Source: Tubiluchus corallicola (Eukaryota > Animalia > Priapulida). From it: a DNA stretch of 64,000 bases. The translations under genes and the position numbers were made by a program. Of this stretch, positions 38,797 to 52,600 are shown in pieces (the stretch's first letter is position 1; each line of letters opens with the position of its first letter). The notes below the pieces were generated by a model. It saw only the letters and a list, made by a program, of their open reading frames with translations, had not been told where the DNA came from and did no database searches. Where the stretch lies: positions 496,001 through 560,000 of the forward strand of contig JAQGDQ010000077.1 of assembly GCA_030141605.1 (NCBI GenBank). The letters are read 5' to 3'.

Positions 38797-41700
38797 ATGA
38801 CAAGCGTATCTCTCCCTGCCATTCAAAAATCATCTAAAAATGGAGCGGCAGCATTGCTGGAGAAGTATGTACTTCTTCTTAGTTATTTTTCATTTATAAA
38901 TTTCTACAGCAATTATGGGTCAGTTAATATAATGAATATACACTTTTACAATTTAAAAGTTATTGAGAAACTGATTGACTCTTTACTAACTCACTGTTAT
39001 TGGTTTTATTTTTAGGCATGAGCTTGAAGTAATTACAGCATTGCTTAATGCACTGAAGTTAGGAGATCCAACAAAAAAGGTAATTGTGTAATTGGATAAT
39101 GTATTTCCTGTTCACCACTTCACATTTCAGCAAAGGTTAGGTTGAACTAATCCCAGTACTTTGTTTTTTGTGGTTGGACAGATGGGATGACAATGATGGC
39201 AGATTGAGATTAAATAGGATTAGAAGTAATTATTGCTATTTTATGACAAATCAGTTATGTCGAATTGATTGTTTTAAATCATGTCTTAGAACTAACTTTC
39301 AGCTAAGAACACGCAGTTAGCAGGTTTCTTAAACCAAACCTAATTGAAAGAAGTGAAATGTGAAAAAGTCAGAACAGAGCCTGAATTTGAACTAAGCTAG
39401 CATAGGTCATCATTTTGATTACAATTCTAGTACCATTTTCACTAGACTACTAGCCTCTCTTGTGTCAAGGTAGGTTTTAATGCCATTCTAAGAACTCGCG
39501 AAACAGTGTAGCATATCATTAATTTACTCATGAATGGTAAAGTAATTACAACTAATGTGATAATTTGTTTGATGTTTTCATACTATTTTGTTGATTCATT
39601 GTGTAATAATTGAATGTGACCTGCTACATAGAAATATACTACATAGAAAGTTAATTTCACTGTTTTTACTTTCTCATTTTAAGATTACCACCAAATTGCA
39701 GAAAGACGGCAAAGAAGAGCAGATGCTATGTGCAGCTGCTAAGAACAAAAAATCGATAGAAGACCTAGCTTTGGAAAACTTCAGGTGTCTGGTTATTCAT
39801 GCTGTTTTATTTAATATACTATTTTGTCTTGTGCTGTTCTATTTTTGCTGAACTTTTCAAGACTTATTTTGAACTATATGTGTATTTTTTATATATACAC
39901 TAAATGTACCAGAAAATACAACAAACAGTGCTAACTTTTAAGTACAGTTAATTCAATCTGCTTTTCCAGCTAAATGTTTTGAGGAAAAGGAAAAAATATC
40001 TATACTTGTACTAACAATATTTGGCAAATTTATTGGGCCACATATATCTATTGTATTTTAAGAATCTATCCTGATACTGAGGCCAAACAAATAAATTCAA
40101 TAATTTTTCTTTAGAAATATCATAGTTTATACTCTTGGCGAAAACTAAACCGTTAGGCTCATTGTACAATTGTGGTCTGTGAAATTTGTTCCTTGACTAA
40201 TACATTTTTGTAATTATTGTACATTAAATTTATTTTCTGATGCTGTAGTGTTGTTATGCATGTTTTCATGGTCAGTAGAATGACTTATGTAATTTTTTTT
40301 CCTAATGAAACTCTAAATAATTTTCAGCGTTACATACAGAGATGTTAGGGACTTCAGTTGTGGGCAACATGCACATCTTCTAAGTGAATTGTTTACATTA
40401 TTGGTTACAACTAGGTTTATAAGGTAAGTTTTTTCAGACATTTTTAATAGGCCATTTTTATAGTAACCCAAAAAAGAATAATTGAATATGTAAAATTCAT
40501 CAGTTAGCTATAATGATTATACTGGCAATTTGAAATTCTGGCAGGATTGGACTCGAGATTTGCCTTTCTTATTGCATATAATCGAAGTCATGTTTCATTA
40601 AATTTTTATACAAATGTGCTGTCTAAGATTGACCATCTGTGAATGAATTGAGTTTTTATATTTTAATTTTGAATGTGACCTGAGTAACGGAAGTTTTTAA
40701 GCCATTCATAAATAGATTGCTTGTAGAGATTACTTACGAAAGACATTTCTTAAATGCATCAGGGCATTTCAAGTACATTTGGCATCTACATTTTCAAGCT
40801 TTTTGAGACATCTTTATGTCCTACTCCTAACATATGCTTTTTAAATGAATCATTGTTGTCCCAAACACGTGATAAATATATGGCACTGTGACAAAAAAAT
40901 TCTGAAGCAATGTAAATATTTTTACAGTATCAATACCAATTATGTTACCAACTTGCCATTAGTGTACCTAGGTTTTGAAGCTCTTTTTGTTGTTATAAGG
41001 AAATGGATTTTCACAGCATCATGGAGAACCCTATTTTTGCGGGTTCTATGTTTGCGACTTATGATGCGTGATCACACATACCTGCACCACTTTGTTGAAT
41101 TAAAAGGCATACAGAAATTAGAATATGTAAGTACATATAGCCGTTTTTGTATAATAAGTTTGTTTTTAGCATCGTAACAATTAGTAAAGCTTGTGTGATT
41201 GTTTTGTTTTTTTGCCTTGGTTTTTTCATATTGTGTGTTTGCCAGAAATGTTTTAAACAAGACTGTGCCTCATTTATTTCCCTGCAGTAATGGTCTTAAA
41301 CTTTTCATAGTAAAAATAGGGAGTGAAACGTGATACCTTTTGTTTATTATAGATTTTTGAAAGGGCGGTGAAGTGTAGTTTGTTGGAGACAACTGAACAT
41401 TTCTATATCGAATTACTAAAGGAAACCGCATGTAAGCGAAGCTTTTGGTATTTCTTATTTATTTCTATTGCTCTTTTTTTTGTTTAGTTAGTTTTTGCAA
41501 TTTCTGCATTTTGATTAGCAATGTTGGATATTTTTCAATGTGCAGGACGTGGTCAGATTTGTAACTTAGTTAAGCGTAGCTTCTTAAAATTCTGGATGGC
41601 CCTAGCAAAAAAGACAGACAGGCCTTCAACTTGCAACCAACCACTAGAAAAGTGATTCATCCTGATAAATTTGCCTCCACGGATGAAGACATGAGTGCGG

Positions 41701-43556
41701 TAGTATGCAGATTGTCACAAACGATTCTAAGTGAAAACCCGTGCCTGCTTTAAAACTGTACACCTGTAGAGTAGAGCTATATTTATTAAACCTTTTTGTT
41801 AGTTTCTTGCTGTACAGGTCACTCTTCAGTAGGTATGGTACTCCATTTACCACTAAAATTGAGTTGCACTTGGCAAACGATTGGCAAAATGAACTTTGGA
41901 TAATGTCCAGCAATAGTTAGTATTTGGAATCGGGTAGTCACTCTATATAGCTATTAGACACAACTGAAATGATCATAGGAACCGACTTTCTTGCTTACCC
42001 ATGTAAGCTAGCAGTAGGAAAAGCTACTTCAGCAATGTCTTCCCCAAAATGTCTAACAAATAAGCTCACCTGACAGAACTTCTGTATTTGAGTCAATCGC
42101 TTAACTGGTGCACCCAAACTTTTTACGATTATGTAAATGCAGAGCATGAGTTGCTCTCATGAAACCACATTTCTGTTACGGTATCACTAAATTTACAATA
42201 CTATAATAAATTTAATTATTATACTGAGTGATCACTATGATGGATTAACTACTTTTTCAGGTGTTTGTCAAAAAATTGCTTCACTGAAAGAAAAAAGATT
42301 TTCTTTAATCCATCACAAGATTCACCAGGTAACAAAAATAGTTCAAATCAGTCTGCAGCCAAAAAAACTTTTCTTCACTTTACTGAATCAACCCAGACAT
42401 TGTTCAGTAACTATTGTGAATTGTAGCTGTAACTAATTACTATATTTGTTGTTTTGTAGTTTTTTTTGTCAATTGCATCTGTAAATAAAGAGTCTATTAA
42501 TTTTGTCTTCTCAGAAATTGCATTTTTTGTTTTTGGTTGACAAGAAAAACAAGGAATTGTTACAGCAGCTGAAGCTTGTGCACTTTGCATACACCAATTG
42601 AATAATGTCAAAAACTCTCTTAATGTTACTTCATATAAAACTCCATTGCACTGCATTTCTGTTTGTGTGCTATGTGAAGTCACATAGTTTGTTTAATAAA
42701 TACTTCTTTTTTTATTTTGATTTACTTCCGTGATCACATTTTTATGACAATTTTTTATTTTGTCTTGCTTCTCTCGAGTTTTTCGTGAAATTCTTGTTGT
42801 GTTTTGTCTCAAGATACATTTTGTAGACTTTTATTCATTTTTAATGGTTTTTATGAAAGGCAAGGTCAGTAGGATAGTAAAATCAGTTTCTTTGACATGA
42901 GTAATTAGTTCCATAAGATACACATTTTATTTGTATTTAAAGTTGTTTGAACTTGTTGCACAGTAAGTTAAGGATTTATATATGAACTAATGCGATAACT
43001 GCTCCGTTATTGTAAGAGTATAGAACTGTCTGCTCGTAATATAGCTGATTGGTTTTATGTTTACTTTGTTAATTTTTTTGTTTTAGCACTTGGTACTATT
43101 GCTAAAAACCAGACATGTAGAACTGCTGCATCTGCTATTGAAGTCTCTGATCACTCTCACTACTGAGTAAGTGAAACCTCCTGATCTTAAATTCTAGTAA
43201 TCAGGGAAGTTGGAACTTCACATATTGTCAGGTGCAAGTGTTATACATAACTGACAACTATAACAAATGCTTGTTGTTCTTACAGTGTAAATATAGCAGC
43301 TCAGGTAGCTAAAGTGAACATCACTGACTTATTGTTGACGATTCTGCAAGGCTATGATGTTGCTTCCAAAAGGTAGGCATTTGAACACTACCAAATTTGT
43401 TTTACCACTTAATCATTTGTTAAGGTTTCTGTCAGTTATTGAGCTCTGACTACAATGAATGTACAAAGAAAAATCTCATTTCTAAAGTTTTTAAAGTTGA
43501 AGAAAATTAATGATAGCTAAATTATTGCTTGTGCCACATCTAGTCTGATGATGATA

Positions 43557-43601
<45 letters not shown>

Positions 43602-43605
43602 GTGG

Positions 43606-43679
<74 letters not shown>

Positions 43680-46600
43680 GTGATGGTGATGGTAATGATG
43701 ACAATGAGTGGCTAGAGTACTCTATTTTTTGTGTTCAATTTCTGTATAATATTGTTGAATAATGATAATCACATTATGAACATGCAAACAAACAAAAATG
43801 ATGTTTAAATAGTCTTATATTTAAGAATAGTTGACATAAATTTCACAGAATAAGTATGAAACTCTTGTACTTTATCTCTTGGTTTGTCAGTTACAAGTAT
43901 TTTTTGGTGCTTGTAAGCTTCGTTAGTTCGACAAATTGATGCTGCTGTATTAACTAGTCATGCTCGGTTCACAAAGCAAAACCCAGAAAAAACTAATCGT
44001 GTGACTTGCTTTTTCTTTTAGATAATGAGTTCCTGTGCCTTTGCTCATTAGTTCGCACAACTGTTCATCTGTACTACTGTAGTCTTTTGAAATACCGAAA
44101 GCTTGTTAACCGCACCACGAAGTGCTTTTTCTGGTTTATCCATGTTAAACATGTCAAAACATAAATAAGAAACAAAAGTTGTATAATATATTTCCTACGC
44201 TAGCCCATGATGCTAAATAACATAAAAGAAAGTTTATGAATTAATAAAAAAAATAGTTATTTGATTATAGATTAGCCTCGCAGCTTCTGCGTGTAGTGTC
44301 TTCTCACCTGCAAGTTCGTGATGATATCAAATTATATGATGGACTTCCAGTACTGCTCAGGTTTGTCTTTTTCTATTGAAACGAAATAAATAGATTATTG
44401 AAAAAAATGTAATCTGTCATCACCCGAGGAAAAGTTGTGTGTAGTAATCAAACAATAGCGTTTTATTAACATCATTTATTTTTTTTCATATAGAAGTGGT
44501 GTTGCTTGAATTATATGAAACATATGATGGTGTTTTTTTGCAGCCTCTTGCATGGTGATAGTGTAGAGTTGGTATGGAACATATGCTGGACATTGGTTAG
44601 CTTAGTTCCAGATGCAGAATTTAGTACGGATGTTCGGATAAATGGAGGAATTCCTCTACTCTTGACTCTGTTACAGTACGTGATCATTAATAATTTAAAT
44701 ATAGTACAATATCTTTTCATTGGCTTGTATTTCTGTTTTGCTGGTTTATATGTTTAGACCTGCAAAACCGTATTTATTTTAAGATTCTTGAATGCAAAAA
44801 ATCATTAAACATGAAAATCAAAATAGCTCTCATGTGTGGTAGTTTTCTCTCAGATTATTTCTTTACAATCTTCCTAATCCAGCAGGAATACCTTCTAAAA
44901 TATCTTTCCAGACTTTTTTGGCTGGAAAACTCACTTTCACTTTCCATTTGGAGCTGCCAAACTCGTCTTGATACATGTTGTTTAAATTTTACTTTGCCGA
45001 CGTAAATACATGTGCAAACACAGTTAGCAAGTTGATAGTTATGGGCCCTTTTTCTTGCTCAAACTCGCATGTTCACATATCAATAGTAATGTTGTTTATG
45101 AAGCGGATCACCATGTGTGTCTTCACTGTTCTGCTTCACTACACTAGCACTTGACTTCTTTTAGAAATGAATTCTCCAATGACAAGTCAGCGCTGCCATC
45201 TCTGGGTGAAAGTCATGGATTACAAAGCACATATACTGAGAAGGCAAATAGAAAGAGAGCATATGTCTATTCATTGAGAGCTGGTAGGTAAAAAAGAAAT
45301 AAGCAAATATATAAACACGACCATAGTTACTGTAAGCTAGCTTATAATTTAGTAATATTTAACAATATACGCAATGCTCGAATTGTAAAATTTTAACAAG
45401 CTATACTGTACAGTGCAGGCCCAACAACCCAGCTAATGCATTTTATTGTATTTGAGGGCATTTCGGAAGCACTGAAGACAGTTTTTTGTTTTTTTGCTCA
45501 TTTTTATTCCAATTTTTTGTCAACAATAACAAAAGTTTGCTATCTAAATCTAAAAGCTCTAAATCTTTTCTCAGCACTAACTCATTGACGATTTTTAAGG
45601 GTAACTAATTATTCTATTTACCCATTTACCAATTTCATTTTCTTATTATTTTGTAACTTTTTTCCTCACTGCCCTGTGACAAAACTATCTTGCTGTTTGT
45701 CTTTCTGTTAGCTAATTTATATTGGCACTAAACGTAGGGTCAATGTCTGAAATTGTATCTGAACTGAAGGCTCAGTTTCTCTTTGATCTTCTGCCCTTGA
45801 AACTGCTGACCCAGCTTTTTTAACTTTTGTTAGGATACCAGTTTAGTTCCAAAATTCAAACATACTTCTCTGCATGATGATAGTGATTAATTAAAACTAA
45901 AACGGTAAATTACTACTATACACTATACAGTCTTAATGCGTGTTCTATTTGCTCTCATTTTTTTGCTTATTATACGTTATGTGAAACTAGTCATATGCTC
46001 ACATTTATTTTTTTAACAGTATATATGTTTCCGTATACCCTCAATTCGAGAACTGCACGTACAAAAAGAGTTCAATCGGCCCAATGGTGTTTTTTTTAGT
46101 CTAAGTGAACATAATTTTAATTATAGTGTATATGTTTTACAATTATTACTTTTCAACTTCTTAAAGTAAAGAACTTGTATTGATATTAGCAGTAATGTCT
46201 GAAATTACAGTCTGCAGTAAATGCTGGCTTAGCAGTTTAGACTGTTCTAATCCTCATGCATTAAACTACATACATACAAAATAGTGCATTTGTAGCTAGT
46301 GGGTCAGAAAGTCTTCTCACCAAGAATTAATACTCTGCGATTTTTTTGTTTACTTGTATTTTTTTGTAACTTCTGTCACTAGAACACGTACGGAAGAATT
46401 TTCTAAACTTTTTGAACTGACTAAAAGTGGTATTATCATAAGTTCATGTGGAAGCAAAAATAAATCGTGTTACATAAGTAAGGATGCATTGTGAAACTTT
46501 ACTTGCAACTTTTCTGTCATGATGTTTTAATTGGAATGAAAGTTTGACAATAGTGATTGATTCACTTGCACCTGTTATACGACATTTTTGAGTTTCATTC

Positions 46601-49600
46601 ATTTTTAAGACAGCATGAAACTGTTAACCTGATGTTTAACACAGACAGTCATTTTCTAATTACTGATATTTTTATATAATAATTATGTAAAATGCTTAGG
46701 ATGTTGTGTTTTGCTCACTGAACTCGTACTCAACGATGCTAACAGTCAGGAAGTTGTGCATCACAATGGCATTTACATCATTGCACAGCTCCTGTTGCCT
46801 GAGATACCAATGCAAGCACAAGAGAAACACTGGGAGAATTTACAGGTATGACATTTAACCCAGTGATTTTCACAAAATTCTCAAGAAATGTCGTGCTCAC
46901 AAGAAAAACATTGACATTGTAGTCCTAGTATTCAGGGAGTTTCATGCAGAAGTAACTCTGGGAGAAATTAGTTTTGAAAAATGCTGTTCTAAGCAAGCTG
47001 CTAGAAATAATTTGTAACTTGAATTTTGAAAGTTTATTTTCATCTGAAGAAATGTCACATAATCATAAAAACAATATAACTATAACAAGTCCGTAACTAT
47101 TGTCGTCAGACTTAAATCTGTTCATCCACATGTAAGGCCTGACTTAAGTTCAGTACATATTTTTAGTAAATATGGTAACGCTAGATTACTAAAGGATGCT
47201 GAACCATAGAAACAGTTAAAGTGCCCTAGAAATGCTAGTTGGCTGTATGAAAAAGCTCTAGAATTTATTCAAAAGTCTGTCCAAGCAAACATGTGACAAA
47301 TCCTGTCAGAAGCTGATGAGTTTTGCTGCAACTGGTCATGACAACCCAGCAAGAGGAACTAACATTACCAATACAGGGAGCAGGATCCTTGCATTATGGC
47401 GGCTCAAGCATTTTTGTGAAAAATACCTCATTATTACTTATTATGTTTAAGCAGTTTTTTCTTCATTGCTTTGCAATTTTTCTTTTGTTAATAATTTTTC
47501 AGCTTGTGCTAATATGTGTATTATTTTTTTTATTTAGCATAATTAGCAATTATTTTACTGCTAATCATACTCACAAACGGAATAAATGGATTCGAATTAA
47601 ATCTGGGATAATTTTATCATTTTTTAAGATGGATGATTATAGCTGAGTCAGCTTATCAAAATGCTTTATCAAAGTCTATTCAGATATATTGTTTAATTTT
47701 CAGAAAAATGCTTTTCGTGCGCTTCGTTTTCTCTTCAGTATGGAGCGAAACCGACAACGGTTTAAGCGACTATTTCCTCCTGACACCTTCGCTTTATTCA
47801 TCGATGTCGGCCATTACGTTAAAGATCTCGTAGCCTACCAACCTCTAGTGGACAAAGTTAACTCTTGTGCTGTAAATAATTAGTTGTAGCTGTTTGAAAA
47901 ATTATTTTACTACACGTATTACATCTAGATGCACCTATCTACTTGTTCACGAAGTGAAAGACATACTTTGTTTTTGCTAATCCGACCACTTATAGAACAA
48001 ACGTTTTCAAATATACTTTTTATGTGAATTGAAAAATATTAAAAAACTATCACTAGAGTAAGTGGGCTGCAGTTATTATCTTGAAGTATTCGCCAAGAGT
48101 ACAGGTACGGGTAAATAATACAGATTTGCTAGTACGGTATCGCAGCTTTCATGGGAGTTAACGAACTTTTACCTGAGAGCATAAAGCAGCACTTTATTGT
48201 AATAAAATCCTGTATGCTTGCCTGTCTAATTGACTGTACAAATTTTATTTTACAGAAGGAGCAAATTTGCATGCGGGATTTAGTTTCAGTCACTTTTAAG
48301 TTTATTTAACTCTGCCAATAGAATCTTCTACTATTAAAGCAGTTTTCAAACAAAAATTAGTCCTTCAAATCATATAGATTTTTCACCATCTGCTATTTGT
48401 AAAATATGCTTTTTAAGTAAAATTTAAACCACTCGCACAACATGTTTTTTTTTTGTTTTTCATTTACAGATGGAAGAAGTCGAGTCACTTGCCTCACGCA
48501 TCAAGACTAGTAATGAAAATAAAGCACCCATCTATTCCATAGGAAAATATGATGTTTATGAACTTCTAGGCTCGGGTGCATTTGGAAGTGTCTATAAAGT
48601 CAAGAAACAGGGTGCAAAGGAGAAATTGCTTGCACTAAAGCAGGTAATAGCTAATTTTCTCGACAGACAGTTTGAGCAGATTTAGGCATTTTAAAAAAGT
48701 CCAGGATGTGAAACATTGTGTTACTCTTATTAGGTTAACACAGGGGTGGGATGGCATGTACACAAGTATGCACGCCACATGTATATTTTGCTGGCGTGGA
48801 AAATATGCAGATTTGCATTTTGAAGCATGGACATAGTTCGCATGCACTTTTGTCATTTCCTTTTAATTTTTCAATTATAACACCATTTATAATTGACTCC
48901 CTTTACAATGGATCCGTTTTTTTCGTAAATATTTAGAATAGGGAGTAACTCTATCAAGACGTCACCATATCTAAACTTACTAAAAACTTATTACGTAAAC
49001 AACTACAAGAATGAAACCAGTATCATGGTGAAATAAATCTCGTTATAGAGTTACCATGCAAGTGAGTAACCAGAAAATAATATTTTGTACAGTTACACTA
49101 TTGCCTACTAAATGAGCTGATAAGACAATGAATCATATTACGCTTTTTCATATTAACAAAATGTTTGAACAATTCCAGTGACTTACTTTTAATAATTCAA
49201 TCTGTTAGAACTGCAAAATGTGGCTGACATTCACTCCAATGTAAAAGTTCTGAAGCATGGAATGACTTTAAAAATAATGTTTGCTTACCATAATGGAATA
49301 AATAAGCATTGTGTTTGTATAGTACAAACATCACTACAAATTATTTTTTAAATGATGTTTTTATTATTTTTTGTCATTGTTGATAACACAGTTAGAGATA
49401 CTACATGTAGTTTCCACGTAAACTACTTTAAATAAATTACTATACTGTCGCACTTGCTTTAGCTATTATTATACATATATTTTCATTTTAAATCATGTAC
49501 ATGTCCTACAAGCAATACAAAATTAGAAAGTCTGAAAAGTTTTTGCACCTCCACTGGATTGAAAATTTCACTCATATGTAGATTAATCACAGATGGAAAT

Positions 49601-52600
49601 GTTGTTATAGTTATCATGAGTATTTTCTTTTTTTAGCTGAATGTTCATTACTCTGGTGAGAAAATGTCCGAGAAGGAGAGAGGTGATCTGTTGAATGAAA
49701 TGGGAATAATACGGCAGAATCTTAATCATCCAAATGTAGTTAGATACTACAAGGTTTATCAAGAAAGTGAGTAGACCAACTAATTTACAATATGCTTTTA
49801 AAACTGTTATCTTTGGAAAATTTTCTGTAAATAATGACGTTTTATAGAACATTGTTGTACCTTCCTTTTTGCAAATAGAAAGTGCTTCCTGAAAAAAATC
49901 TTAGTTTCAAAGAAAGGTCAAATGCCATGCAGTTTTGTAACTAGAGATCTTTCATTCATTTTTAATATAATTATTTGATGATTTGAAATGGTGAAAATTA
50001 CTAACGTGTTATACTTACAAACAAAAAACAAGCATTATTGTAGTAAGTAACCGACAGCATTCAAAATGTAAAATGAGATATTTTTCTGCAGTTTATATAA
50101 AAAGTCTTAGAACTGATTGTTTAAGGAGGGTTTAGTGTTATGAATTAACAATATTTGTCAAAGATTCGGGCCTGTGGGAGCTTAAGGTGGATTTTTTAGA
50201 GTAAAATTTTGTGAAGTAAAATGTTGTTATTCTTTGCTGATATATATGGGTCTTAGGTTATTAGAAAATGAGTGAAAGCAGATGTAATTTAATTACTAAT
50301 AACTGAATAAAATTGATTATATCCACAGGAGCCATAAAATATTATATTATCAGCCTAAGACATTCATATGAAACAAGGATTTGAATACTGACACTGTACT
50401 GATTTACCTCAGAATAATGACTCAGAGTTGTCAAGCTCTTTTGTGGGCTTTAGTGGTAACTTTTGCTATATAACAGAACTCGGGTTTAAATATAGTAAAC
50501 AGACAATTGTGTTTTGATCAAAAAACCTTTATTGAAACTTGCAGTTGGCATTGCTATTTTGTTTTTGACATCTGAGCATCCACATTTAAAATTAGTGAAA
50601 GTAGACTTTATAGGCCTTTTTTGAAAATCAGGCCTGTGCTCCCAGCATACTGTATTTTTACTTGTATTTAGGTACATGTGCTGAAATAGAAGTTAGAAAC
50701 TTGTGGTGTATTGGATTTTAAGATCAATCAAATATGAAGACAAACTTGTAGCAATCAATTATGGAGATAAATGTTAATAGAGAGATTGAGCAAGTTCATT
50801 CGTGACTACTCCTGCACAATTTAATTTTTAATTAGTTACGGTTGAATTGTTTTTAATCTTTTCTAGAAGACAGACTATGCATTGTGATGGAGTTGATAGA
50901 GGGTGCTCCATTAGCTGAGCACTTCAGCTCTCTCAGAGAGAAACATTTAACATTCAGTGAAGAGAGAATTTGGAACATATTTATTCAGGTTGGTCAGATT
51001 TCAAATGTTCCCTCACCACAATATGTGCTTTTCCTCAATTTATTAAATTTATGAGGAAAATTCTAGTGCATACAATATGGATCTTGGGTGTTGCTCTTGG
51101 ATGTCTTTTGAGGAATGCTAGGTAAGTGAGCTCTGCAAATGTACCTGCTATTGTCAGTGTTTTCTCTGCCATTATATTTTGCACTGCATGTGCTGCTGTT
51201 ATTTTCTTTTCTTTGAGCTTATCACCTTAGAACTGTTCCCACTTCTTGTACTTACCTCTTGAATGAAAAATGTTGAAGTATGTTTGAGTGGAAAATTAAG
51301 TTAAATTTTATCATTCATGCTGATTTATTTCAGATGATACTAGCTCTGCGGTATTTACACAAGGAAAAGGGTATTGTTCATCGTGATCTCACTCCAAATA
51401 ACATTATGCTGGGTAGCAATGATAAAGTTACAATAAGTGAGTATTGATTACAACTTTTTAACAGATGCTTAAGTTGACAAATCCCCAGAGCTAGCTTTGT
51501 TGCAGTGTGCTCAGCGTATTTATTCATTTACGTAAAATTTTAACTTTCTATATTAAGTCAATAAATGTGCGGCATAAAAAACAATTCATTATAAAATGTC
51601 TAGAAAACTATAATGAGACAGAGGCAAATTTAGACAGTATGACATTCAGAGTGCTCATTTTGAAACTGGCCTAAATTCATCAGAAATTTGAGTTTTTGAC
51701 TAGTAAGACAATAATTTGGCATATACTTCAGTAAGGCTTGAAGTGTGCATGTTTAATAAATACATTAAGACATTGAACAATCATCATTTCACAACAATAT
51801 CCATCAACTCTACGACTTTTTGATGAGATATATTTTAGATGATGTATTGTTTGTCAACTGTTTCATTTCAAACTAAGCAGTATAGAAGCACTTAAGTATC
51901 AGTGATGTGCAAAAGGGAACCAAACCTATTCCAATCATGTTTTCTTTTTGTTTTTCAGCTGATTTTGGGTTAGCAAAGCAAGCTCAGACTAGCCAACAGA
52001 TGACGTCTGTTGTTGGAACTATTTTATATTCAGCGTAAGGATGTTATTTGTCTCGAATGTTTTTTAGCATAACTGGTGAATCCTAAAAACATATCACCTT
52101 TGCTAATCATGCAATCAAACCATTCTGTCTTTTTTGCAATTAATTTGAAGCCAAATATGACGTATTTTTTCAATTTTTAAACTGGAAAATTTTAATATTA
52201 AGATTCGTTAAAGCTGGAGAATTACAACTGGTCAATCTGCACATGGCTAATTTGACATAGGCAATCTACATGATTGTTAGTTAGTTATTGATTGTTAATT
52301 ATTAAGTCTTGATCATATAAAGCTGTAAGACACATAATTGTATCATGTGCCTTTATCTGAGCTGCGTCAAAACATTGAACATATTTTTACATATCTGAAT
52401 ATGCATTTTACATTCGTGTCTTACAAATTAAATGTTTTGAAAGCTGTAACTTTGTACTTATCTGGTCAAATATTGCATAGCATTTCCAACCATTTTGTTT
52501 ACTATTTATTTACTTCAACCAAACTGCCTGGAAAATGGAAATGGGTCACTTTTTTAATGGTAAGGATCAGTTTGCTAGCTCTGCAAGAAATTTAAAATGT

